From Candidatus Uhrbacteria bacterium RIFCSPLOWO2_01_FULL_47_25 (GTDB taxonomy: Bacteria > Patescibacteriota > Patescibacteriia > GWA2-46-9): a DNA stretch of 54,166 bases. A model generated the notes under the pieces. The model made no database searches. It worked only from the letters and a program-made list of their open reading frames with translations, and had not been told where the DNA came from. Location of the stretch: NCBI GenBank assembly GCA_001791325.1, contig MGEK01000003.1, forward strand, positions 20,741 to 74,906. Direction: 5' to 3'. The translations under genes and the position numbers were made by a program. Shown here one piece after another: positions 37,532 through 45,801 of the stretch. Position 1 is the stretch's first letter. Each line of letters opens with the position of its first letter.

Positions 37532-38788
37532 TTATTCTGAAGAAATCTTCTCGGCCTCATCTCCTTCACCGTCATCTTCAACTGCGTCAGCCAACGACTC
37601 ATCGTCAATAATCGGCTGCAGGTCGCCGCTTTCCGAGCGGATGTCTATTTTCCAGCCGGTGAGTTTGGCGGCCAAGCGAACATTTTGTCCGCCCTTACCA
37701 ATGGCGAGCGACAATTGATCTTCGGCCACCGTCGCTACTGCCACTCTGGCCGCTTCATCAGTTTCAATCATCAGCACCTTGGCTGGCGAGAGGGCATTAG
37801 TGATATAGCGCACTGGATCAGGGCTATACTCAATAATATCTATTTTTTCGCCGCCGAGCTCCGAAATAATCGTTTGCACTCTCGTGCCCCTTTGCCCGAC
37901 ACAAGAGCCGATTGGATCAACATTGGGGTCAAGCGCTTCTACTGCTATCTTAGAGCGTGATCCGGCTTCCCGAGAAATACCGCGAATGGCAATAAGTCCG
38001 TTGGCAATTTCGGGAATCTCCATGGTAAAAATTTGGCGAACCACTTCTGGATGAGACCTTGAAACGATAATTTCAGGACCCTTGGGCGTGGCATTAACGG
38101 ACACAATATAAACCTTCAGACGATCGCCGGGAGTATATCGCTCTTTGGCAATTTGTTCTTCCGACGGTAAAATACCAATACCTCTACCAAGATCAACATA
38201 AACTGCACGATTGTCGCGGCGTTGTACTACGGCCGTTACTATTTGATGTTCTCGCCCTTTCAATAGCTCATATACATTAGTATGCTCGGCCTCGCGGAGT
38301 TTTTGAATAATTACTTGCTTAGCTGTTTGTGCGGCCATGCGCCCGTAGGCGCTCGGCACCTCTAGGCGGGTTCTGATTTCATCACCAACTTTAGCGTCGG
38401 ACTTTATTGCTTTGGCCTCGGTAAGACCAACATCTGTTTTGGGATTAAATCTTCGCTCTATTTCCTCACCGGCCTCCTCTCCCGCGGCAGCAACCGTTGA
38501 CAAGGGTTGCCTTAATTTAGCATATTCAGCCACTTGAGGTTCCTCTTCTTCACGGGCCCGCGCCGCGGCAACCAATTCATCTTCAACTACTATTTTCACG
38601 TCAAAAACATCAGCCACGCCAGTGGCCGGATTGAAAGTCACTCTAATATTCTGATTTTTCTCGCCGAAATCCTTGCGGTAGGCAGCCGCTAAGGCCGCCT
38701 CAATTGCGCTAATAATTGCTTCAGCGCTAATTCCTTTTTCTTCCGCAATCTGCTGAATGGCTCCTAAAATTGAAGTTTCTTCGGACAT
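37532..38788 (-). CDS. nusA: transcription termination/antitermination factor NusA
   Basis: N-terminal domain, S1 and two KH domains (GxxG: IGKGGQN). Acidic tail. Confidence 0.9.
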   Translation of the reverse strand: MSEETSILGAIQQIAEEKGISAEAIISAIEAALAAAYRKDFGEKNQNIRVTFNPATGVADVFDVKIVVEDELVAAARAREEEEPQVAEYAKLRQPLSTVAAAGEEAGEEIERRFNPKTDVGLTEAKAIKSDAKVGDEIRTRLEVPSAYGRMAAQTAKQVIIQKLREAEHTNVYELLKGREHQIVTAVVQRRDNRAVYVDLGRGIGILPSEEQIAKERYTPGDRLKVYIVSVNATPKGPEIIVSRSHPEVVRQIFTMEIPEIANGLIAIRGISREAGSRSKIAVEALDPNVDPIGSCVGQRGTRVQTIISELGGEKIDIIEYSPDPVRYITNALSPAKVLMIETDEAARVAVATVAEDQLSLAIGKGGQNVRLAAKLTGWKIDIRSESGDLQPIIDDESLADAVEDDGEGDEAEKISSE

Positions 38789-38808
38789 ACCCCAACTCTC
38801 TAACGGGG
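38789..38808. repeat. stub resembling a collapsed TIR element
   Basis: The minus strand reads CCCCGTTAGAGAGTTGGGGT immediately followed by the nusA ATG. Confidence 0.4.
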
Positions 38809-38811
38809 AAT

Positions 38812-38838
38812 AAAAAAACTCATTCTATCAAGAACGAG
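38812..38838 (-). terminator. rho-independent terminator between yraN and nusA
   Basis: The minus strand has ctcgttct-tgat-agaatgag followed by ttttttt. Confidence 0.55.
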
Positions 38839-38863
38839 CTACTAAAACACTATAGCAAAAACC

Positions 38864-39235
38864 CTAAAGAAAAGCAAGGGAGCCACCCACCGCCCGAAAA
38901 TGTTTCAGGGTTCTAGTTCCGTCAGGCGGTAAGAAAACAGCCACCACATCAAATCGCACTTGCTTAACTTCGGGATGACGTCTCACGTAGGTGACAATTG
39001 CTCGTTCAATTGACTGCCGTTTGCGTCGGGTGATGGATTCTTCTGGAGGACCAAAAAGATCACTGGTGCGGGTTTTGACCTCCACAAAAACGGTAACGCG
39101 ATCCTGCCGCACAATTAAATCAATTTCATCGTGCTTTCCTAATCTGACATTTTGCCCCAGCACTTCATAACCATGACGCTCTAAATATTCACGAGCCATA
39201 CACTCGCCCAAATTTCCTAACTCCCGACGGCCCAT
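38864..39235 (-). CDS. yraN: YraN family endonuclease (UPF0102)
   Basis: GE..A..YL...GY.vL..N.r....EIDLI......vFVEVK.R pattern. Confidence 0.85.
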   Translation of the reverse strand: MGRRELGNLGECMAREYLERHGYEVLGQNVRLGKHDEIDLIVRQDRVTVFVEVKTRTSDLFGPPEESITRRKRQSIERAIVTYVRRHPEVKQVRFDVVAVFLPPDGTRTLKHFRAVGGSLAFL

Positions 39236-39299
39236 GGATTAAAATTGAATATTCAACAACCGCCCCGCCATGGAAGTGCGGTCGGCCAACAACATATTT

Positions 39300-39722
39300 T
39301 TAGGGAAGATATTTGCGTAGGCGCTGGCGACGTTCTTCATCAACAACCTCCAGCGGTACTTTGACTTTCCTTTGCCAAAGAAGTCGCCCCAAATCAGCTA
39401 GTGTCGCGACCAACAAAATCACCATGAGGATACGTGCTCCTAAAATGGGCGCGTGTTCATAGCGGAAAAACAGCAACAAAAAAGAAACAAGGCCTGACAA
39501 TATAAGCGTCGTACCCACCCTCCGCCACCAGCGCGCCAGAGAAACGGGCAGGGCACGTCGAAATCTGGCATAAAATTTTAGGGCAAGGCCTATGACAACC
39601 AAAACACCGCCGCCGATCAGCCAAGCGAGCATAAATGGCCGACTTAAAGGCGAAGGAGCGCGAGCCAAGAGGTACCAGGGCGTAAAAAATTGTTTGAAAT
39701 CAAAAAACTTAGTAATCAACAT
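39300..39722 (-). CDS. hypothetical membrane protein
   Basis: 140 aa with 3-4 TM segments. Confidence 0.5.
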   Translation of the reverse strand: MLITKFFDFKQFFTPWYLLARAPSPLSRPFMLAWLIGGGVLVVIGLALKFYARFRRALPVSLARWWRRVGTTLILSGLVSFLLLFFRYEHAPILGARILMVILLVATLADLGRLLWQRKVKVPLEVVDEERRQRLRKYLP

Positions 39723-40270
39723 GCCTGAAAAATTATTCCATAATGATGAGGTCCGGCCTTAAACTGTTCTACTGACCTAAACCCAACTCTCTCCGCTAGA
39801 GCAATGGTTTTTTCTGGCATAATACGACGATCGGCTGATGGCCCAAAGGGACTGCTCGCACCACTCCAATCTATCACCAACAATAAACCTTCTCGTTTAA
39901 GTAATCGCCGCGCCTCTGTGAATATGGCCGAAAGATCATGCACTTGAAATAAAATATTTATTAAAGTGGCTCTGTCTAGCTCGCCATTGGGAATTTTAGT
40001 CGCCCCAACGATTTCTAAATTAGACCACACCGTCATAACGTGCGGCCAGTGTTCCTCTGTGGCTTGATGCTCAATAGCTGTGAGGCAAGCCTTGAGAATG
40101 TCCACCGCATAAACCCGCCCTTTAGTTCCAACCAATCGCACGGCCGGAAAAACAAAATGCCCGCGCCCACCACAGCCCAGCTCGCCCACGCGCATACCCT
40201 CGCCAATCTTAAGATGGCTTAAAATCTTTTCGGCATCAAGAAGGATGCTTTCGCCAGAGACTATTGACAT
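39716..40270 (-). CDS. class I SAM-dependent methyltransferase
   Basis: Motif I VGELGCGGRGHF and downstream acidic residue AVDI. Confidence 0.65.
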   Translation of the reverse strand: MSIVSGESILLDAEKILSHLKIGEGMRVGELGCGGRGHFVFPAVRLVGTKGRVYAVDILKACLTAIEHQATEEHWPHVMTVWSNLEIVGATKIPNGELDRATLINILFQVHDLSAIFTEARRLLKREGLLLVIDWSGASSPFGPSADRRIMPEKTIALAERVGFRSVEQFKAGPHHYGIIFQAC

Positions 40271-40308
40271 AACGCATGTAAATACTAAATTCTAAGCACT
40301 AATCTCTT

Positions 40309-40456
40309 CAGCCCAAGGCTTGAACCCGAGGCTCATCAGCCTTGGGCTGAGATCCCTGCCCGTCCGGCAGGCGGGCGCCTCGGGCGGAAAACTCTAAATC
40401 ACAAATATCAACGGTTTGGAGCATTGTCTCCCTGCGGGAGATGTCCCGTAGGGACA
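40309..40456. repeat. array of five consecutive GC-rich hairpins
   Basis: The five hairpins are cagcccaaggct...agccttgggctg (12 bp), cctgcc-cgtcc-ggcagg, gcgcc-tcg-ggcgg, tctccc-tgc-gggaga and tgtccc-gta-gggaca. Confidence 0.7.
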
Positions 40457-40481
40457 GAATTTCGAGCTTAGTCATTGTTTA

Positions 40482-40583
40482 CCCCGTTAGAAATATAATC
40501 AATGTTTACCATGAGGGGAATAAGGTTGTTTTGCATAAAGTACATATGAGATATGATATATTGTGGTTTAATTTCTAACGGGG
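40482..40583. mobile_element. TIR miniature element copy 8
   Basis: Arms ccccgttagaaat (40482-40494) and atttctaacgggg (40571-40583). Exact TTTA duplication at 40478-40481 and 40584-40587. Confidence 0.8.
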
Positions 40584-40633
40584 TTTAGAGATTAGAGATT
40601 GGAGATTATCAACATTATACCACGCCAATCGCA

Positions 40634-42031
40634 TTAAGATGAAGAGTGCGCCCCAAGTTGTTGAACGACCGCCCGAAACTGGTCACCGCGATCGCCCGCG
40701 TTTTTGAAGCGATCAAAGCTGGCGGCGGCTGGCGAGAGCAGCACCACATCTCCGGATTTCGCGAACTTACGCGCAGTTTTTACCATCTCGCTCATTATTT
40801 CACCGCCACTGACGCACGAGGGCGCTTTAAAATTACGCGCCTTGGCCAAGCGCCGAATGGCAGCATACATTTTATCGGCACTGAGTCCGATAGCCACAAT
40901 GGTCTTAACAGAATTCTCCAAAATACATTCGGCCAAATGATCATAAGATAATTTTTTCTCTGATCCGCCCAGCATTAAAATAATCGGCTCGTCAAATGAG
41001 CGAATGGCGGCAATGGTGGTTTCGGGTGTCGTGCCATATGAATTATTCCAATAAGATACCCCCCCATATTCACCGACAAATTCTAGACGGTGTGGGAGAC
41101 CAGTAAAACTTTTCAAAACTTGGCGGATGGCGTTCATAGACGCGCCGGCCAAGGTGGCGGCCACAATAGCGGCAGTAATATTTTCCAGGTTGTGTTTGCC
41201 CTTGAGGCCAACCTCGTGGCGAAACAAAACGTGCTCCGTGCGATTATTCATCCGACGAAATATCACATCACCAGCAACGTACGCACCATCCGCTACTGGA
41301 ACATCTCGGCTAGTTTCATAAATTTTACCTTTGGCTTCAACCATCAAACGTTTTGTTTCCGGATAATCAATGCTAAAGATGACCGCATCATTTGGCTTCT
41401 GAAATTTTAAAATATTTGATTTTGCCGCAAAATATTCTTCCGGACTCTTATGGTAGTCTTGATGATCAATCGTAAGTCCAAGCACCGCCGCAATGTGCGG
41501 TGACTTGTTTAAATCCTGTAATTGAAAACTGGAAAGCTCATATGCCACCCAGTGTCGAGGCGTTAATTTAGGCAAAACGGAAATGGCCGGTACGCCGATA
41601 TTGCCGACTAAAAAAACTTTCTTTTTGGCCGCCGTGAGTATTTTGGCAATCAGCGTGGAGGTTGTGCCCTTACCCTTGGTTCCCGTTACGCCGATAATGG
41701 GAGCCGGGCACAGTTCAAAAAAGATTTTTGTTTGGCTAGTAATTTCCACACCCGCCCTACGCGCGGCAAGGAGCGCCGGCAAACTCAAAGGAACGCCCGG
41801 ACTTCTGAAAATAGATGAAAATTGCGTAAGGTTTTTTAGGTAAGATGGCCCAAGCCGCCAATGTATATCGCGCCCTTGCCATGATTCGTACGCCTCGCCC
41901 AATGCCGCCGGCTCGCGCTCGTCAAGAATGGTAATGTGCGTCCCTTCTTGCAATAAATACTCGGCCATGGCTTGGCCTTCCTGGCCAAAACCCAAAATCG
42001 CAACTTTTTTGCCCTGATAATTCATTGACAT
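40634..42031 (-). CDS. murD: UDP-N-acetylmuramoylalanine--D-glutamate ligase
   Basis: GVTGTKGKGTT P-loop and Mur ligase architecture. 465 aa. Confidence 0.9.
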   Translation of the reverse strand: MSMNYQGKKVAILGFGQEGQAMAEYLLQEGTHITILDEREPAALGEAYESWQGRDIHWRLGPSYLKNLTQFSSIFRSPGVPLSLPALLAARRAGVEITSQTKIFFELCPAPIIGVTGTKGKGTTSTLIAKILTAAKKKVFLVGNIGVPAISVLPKLTPRHWVAYELSSFQLQDLNKSPHIAAVLGLTIDHQDYHKSPEEYFAAKSNILKFQKPNDAVIFSIDYPETKRLMVEAKGKIYETSRDVPVADGAYVAGDVIFRRMNNRTEHVLFRHEVGLKGKHNLENITAAIVAATLAGASMNAIRQVLKSFTGLPHRLEFVGEYGGVSYWNNSYGTTPETTIAAIRSFDEPIILMLGGSEKKLSYDHLAECILENSVKTIVAIGLSADKMYAAIRRLAKARNFKAPSCVSGGEIMSEMVKTARKFAKSGDVVLLSPAAASFDRFKNAGDRGDQFRAVVQQLGAHSSS

Positions 42032-42084
42032 TACTTACAGCTTATAGCTTATGGCTAGCGTAGCGATTATGGCTTATCGCTTTA

Positions 42085-42173
42085 CCCCGTTAGAGAATGC
42101 CTCGCGTCTTGCCGCATGGTCTGGCTCAATACGAGTGCGGGGTCCAATACCTCACGCGAATTCTCTAACGGGG
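42085..42173. mobile_element. TIR miniature element copy 9
   Basis: Arms ccccgttagagaat (42085-42098) and attctctaacgggg (42160-42173). Exact TTTA duplication at 42081-42084 and 42174-42177. It overlaps the last 22 nt of murI. Confidence 0.8.
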
Positions 42174-42952
42174 TTTACGGCTTCGCTGGCCTCCACCCTC
42201 TCTCCCAACCACCACTTGGCGGTCTCCTGAAAATGCCTTGGGTCACTGCTGACATAAAACAACGAACGGCTATTTTTGGATAAACCCGCGTCAATAGCCG
42301 GATTTTGCTCCAAAAAATTTTTAACGGAGGCGGCCGTGGATTCGGCCGGGTTAACTATCTTAACTGTTTTTCCCATCACCCTCGCGATGAGTGCTTGCAA
42401 AAAAGGATAGTGCGTGCAGGCCAAAATAAGCGTGTCCACATGCGCGTCTTTCAAGGGTTTTAAGGAACGACGAATAATGCGCATGCTTTCCGGATATTTC
42501 CACCATCGCTCCTCCACCAGGGGCACAAGCATAGGCGTTGCCCGCGATATAACCAATATATTTTTATCCACCGCCTGAAGCAAGCGTTCATACACGCCGC
42601 TCCCCACTGTGGCCCTTGTGCCAATAACGCCGATGCGGCCACGCGTTATTCGCTGGGCCGCTTCCACGGCTGGCTGAACAACATCAAAAACCGGTACCTT
42701 GAGACGCTCGCACAAATGATCAGCGGCCACAGCCGAAACGCTGTTGCAGGCAATAACAATCAAGCGCGCCCCGCGAGAGAGCAAAAAATCGGCGTCTTCT
42801 TCGGCGTACTGGCGCAATCGCTCCGGCGACTGGGAGCCATAAGGGAACCGCGCCGTATCACCAAAATATACTAAATCATACTTTGGCAACAACTCACGGA
42901 TCGCTTTTAGGGTAGTTAACCCCCCAGCTCCGGAATCAAAGATACCGATCAT
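42152..42952 (-). CDS. murI: glutamate racemase
   Basis: IGIFDSGAGGLT, ACNS and CTHYP motifs. Confidence 0.9.
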   Translation of the reverse strand: MIGIFDSGAGGLTTLKAIRELLPKYDLVYFGDTARFPYGSQSPERLRQYAEEDADFLLSRGARLIVIACNSVSAVAADHLCERLKVPVFDVVQPAVEAAQRITRGRIGVIGTRATVGSGVYERLLQAVDKNILVISRATPMLVPLVEERWWKYPESMRIIRRSLKPLKDAHVDTLILACTHYPFLQALIARVMGKTVKIVNPAESTAASVKNFLEQNPAIDAGLSKNSRSLFYVSSDPRHFQETAKWWLGERVEASEAVNPVREFA

Positions 42953-43088
42953 ACCCCCACACTAGTTGGACACTAAAACGCCTGCGAGTTTTGTGTGGTT
43001 CATTGTTTTAGTATTGTGTTATTTATTATCTTTAAGAGTGAAGCAATCACTGTGCTTAAAAATGTGCCCAACTAGTAGTGGGGGCTAT

Positions 43089-43889
43089 TCAACGTTTCTG
43101 CAGAATCTCCAAACACTGTTTCTTGGTGCCCTGAGTAATAACGGCAATAATATTTGACTCGCTTTTTATTCTTAGAGCTTTTCCTTCACCATCACTCACC
43201 AACGCTCCCGCCTCCTTGGCGATTAATAAAGCAGCGGCCAATCTCGGCAACGATCCCACCCCCTTAAAACCAATGAAAGCGTCAAAAACTCCGGCAGCGA
43301 GATAGCAAAGTCCGAGGGTGCTCACGCCGAAATCATGAATGCGGCATCCTTCTTTAACAAACCGCTGCCTGATACTTATTTCGCTCGCTTGACGCATTGC
43401 ACTCATTGACTCCAGATATATACAAGCATTTGCCAAGTCTTTCTCATCAGAAACTTTCAATGGCCTGTCCCCCATAAACGCTCCTTCACCCTTCAGGGCA
43501 TGAAATACAATCTGTGTAGACGGCTCAACAATTAATCCCAACACAACTTCACCTTCATGCTTCAGGGCCAAGGCGATGGTATAGAGGGGCAACCCTCGGA
43601 AATAATACCTGCCACCATCTATAGGAGTAACTATCCACTGCCACAATGCTGCCTCTCCGATAGCTGGTTTCTCTGAATCATAGACAGAATGTTTGGGAAA
43701 AAGTTGTACTAAAGTTGTACCCAAAAAAGACCTGATTTCTTCTTCTATTACTTGGCCGCGTTCATGGCGTGCTTTAGGGGCAAGTCCAAGGAGTTCCTTT
43801 TGCCGGGCCGCCAAAATTTGCCCAGCTCTTATTAAGAGCGGCAATACCACATAGTATATTTGTCCAATAGTTGCTTCAGATAAGGCCAT
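43089..43889 (-). CDS. inositol monophosphatase family protein (divergent metal-site motifs)
   Basis: WIVTPIDGGRYYF corresponds to the W..DPIDGT.NF signature. C-terminal ...AAALLIAKEAGA block. Confidence 0.65.
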   Translation of the reverse strand: MALSEATIGQIYYVVLPLLIRAGQILAARQKELLGLAPKARHERGQVIEEEIRSFLGTTLVQLFPKHSVYDSEKPAIGEAALWQWIVTPIDGGRYYFRGLPLYTIALALKHEGEVVLGLIVEPSTQIVFHALKGEGAFMGDRPLKVSDEKDLANACIYLESMSAMRQASEISIRQRFVKEGCRIHDFGVSTLGLCYLAAGVFDAFIGFKGVGSLPRLAAALLIAKEAGALVSDGEGKALRIKSESNIIAVITQGTKKQCLEILQKR

Positions 43890-44006
43890 AATAAGGCAAG
43901 ATTTGTTAATAATTGTACTTAGTACATTACCACCACTTTGGGGCTAGTGGCAAATGAGGGCTTGACTTTGACATCAACCAATTTAAAACATAACATTATA
44001 ATCATT

Positions 44007-45293
44007 ATGTCACATCTTGCACACACCGACCCAGCGATTGCCGAACTAATCGGGGCCGAGCTAAAACGCCAGCAAAATGGCTTGGAGATGATACCGTCGG
44101 AAAATTTTACTTCGCTCGCGGTCATGGAAGCTATGGGCTCGGTGCTCACTAATAAGTACTCCGAAGGCTATCCGGGCAAGCGCTACTATGGCGGCAATCA
44201 AATTATAGACCAAGTTGAAGAAACTTGCCGCACCCGCGCTAAAGAACTTTTTGGGGTCGCGCATGCCAATGTTCAACCGTATTCCGGCAGTCCAGCAAAT
44301 CAAGCTGTATATTTTGCCCTGCTGAATCCGGGCGACACCGTGCTTGGTATGGAGCTTGCCCAGGGCGGGCACTTGACGCACGGCTACAAACTTAATTTTT
44401 CAGGGAAATATTATCACTCTGTTTCTTACGGCGTTGACCGAGAAACAAAACTTTTAAATTACGACGTCATAAAAGAAATTGCCAAAAAAGAAAAACCGAA
44501 ACTTATTGTCTGCGGCGCGACTGCTTACCCCCGAAAAATTGATTTTTCTGAATTTCAAAAAATAGCTCTTGAAGTAAGCGCTTATCTTTTGGCTGACATT
44601 TCTCATATCGCCGGCCTAGTTATTGCTGACGCTCACCAATCACCGGTGCCTTATGCCGACGTTATCACAACGACCACGCATAAAACCTTGCGCGGGCCAA
44701 GAGGCGCCATGATTTTATTGCCAAAAGTTGAGGACCGCCTGCACGATCTTTATCATACGACAAGCAAACGCAACTTAGCAGAACTCATTGACGCGGCTAT
44801 TATTCCGGGCCTTCAAGGCGGGCCGCATAATCACCAAACCGCGGCCATCGCTGTGTCCCTGAAAGAAGCAATGACCGATGAATTCAAGGTTTATGGCCGG
44901 CAAATTGTGGCTAACGCCAAGGCCTTGGCCGAATCTTTAGCGCAAAATGGTTTGGAGCTGGTTACCGGCGGCACTGACAATCATCTAATTTTAATTGACC
45001 TTACTGACGCCGGCCTCTCTGGCGCTGAAGCGGAAAAACTTCTGGACGAAGTCGGCATCACCGTCAATAAAAACATGATTCCCTTTGACCTTAGAAAACC
45101 GCTTGACCCCTCCGGCATACGCCTCGGCACTCCCGCTCTTACCACCCGCGGCTTTACCGAAGACAATATGCGAGTTATCGGCAAAACAATCGCCGAAATT
45201 ATAAAAAATCCAAACGACGAGACCAATAAGAAACGAGTACGTCGAACGGTCCACGCCCTTACCCAAACGCACCCGCTCTATCCTGAATTCTGA
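44007..45293 (+). CDS. glyA: serine hydroxymethyltransferase
   Basis: ORF 43938..45293 trimmed to the ATG at 44007 (MSHLAHTDP). PLP site TTTTHKTLRGPRG. Confidence 0.93.
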   Translation: MSHLAHTDPAIAELIGAELKRQQNGLEMIPSENFTSLAVMEAMGSVLTNKYSEGYPGKRYYGGNQIIDQVEETCRTRAKELFGVAHANVQPYSGSPANQAVYFALLNPGDTVLGMELAQGGHLTHGYKLNFSGKYYHSVSYGVDRETKLLNYDVIKEIAKKEKPKLIVCGATAYPRKIDFSEFQKIALEVSAYLLADISHIAGLVIADAHQSPVPYADVITTTTHKTLRGPRGAMILLPKVEDRLHDLYHTTSKRNLAELIDAAIIPGLQGGPHNHQTAAIAVSLKEAMTDEFKVYGRQIVANAKALAESLAQNGLELVTGGTDNHLILIDLTDAGLSGAEAEKLLDEVGITVNKNMIPFDLRKPLDPSGIRLGTPALTTRGFTEDNMRVIGKTIAEIIKNPNDETNKKRVRRTVHALTQTHPLYPEF

Positions 45294-45347
45294 ACTATTG
45301 ACGAGAGGCAAACATTGTTAGTAAGATGGCCGGAGGAGGAATTGACA

Positions 45348-45701
45348 ATGAGCCAACAACAGGATCGCGTCTTCATTGAAATCGCCCACCGCTCCATCGC
45401 AGCGGTGGGCACAAACGACGAAGAGGTCTGGAGCCGGCTTCACGGTTTGATGGGTGTCGCACACGCCATTGTTCGAAGCGGTCATGCGCCGCTGCGCGGA
45501 CTTCTCGACCACGTGGTGGAAACTGCCCGCGCCATTCTTCACCGACAGATGTTTGGCCTCGACCCAGCGCTCGATGAGCAGGGGACCGAGACACTCCAGC
45601 GCATCGTGGCGATTTTCGATCTCCATGACGACACGTTTGATGGGTCGTCGCTGAATCCGTTTGCGATGCCGTGGCTCTTGCCGCCGAAGATTTACCGATA
45701 A
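45348..45701 (+). CDS. hypothetical small protein (GC-rich islet)
   Basis: ORF 45315..45701 trimmed to the ATG at 45348, 8 nt after GGAGGAGGA. GC-rich insert between glyA and folD. Confidence 0.45.
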   Translation: MSQQQDRVFIEIAHRSIAAVGTNDEEVWSRLHGLMGVAHAIVRSGHAPLRGLLDHVVETARAILHRQMFGLDPALDEQGTETLQRIVAIFDLHDDTFDGSSLNPFAMPWLLPPKIYR

Positions 45702-45767
45702 GCCAGGCGGTCTTCAAATGGTGGCGGCGATGGTGGCGGGGACACACATCGCTTCGAGTGAGCGCAA

Positions 45768-45798
45768 AGAGCCGACCCAAGCACCGCGGGTCGGCTCT
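45768..45798. terminator. 11-bp GC hairpin between convergent genes
   Basis: agagccgaccc-aagcaccgc-gggtcggctct. Confidence 0.5.
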
Positions 45799-45801
45799 GC
45801 T

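Noticed and set aside
40310-40484. Possible ~58-aa ORF on the minus strand after element copy 8 (ATG near 40467, MTKLEILSLRDISRRET...)
   Set aside because: It reads straight through the five-hairpin GC array, is below the ORF-track threshold and has no SD. It is more likely non-coding.
878-42177. Resemblance of GTTAGAA / TTCTAAC to integron attC core sites (GTTRRRY / RYYYAAC)
   Set aside because: The orientation is inverted relative to attC: GTT is at the outer end here, not the inner end. The flanked genes are essential housekeeping genes in normal operons. No intI or attI is present. The 4-bp target duplications fit transposition rather than attC recombination.
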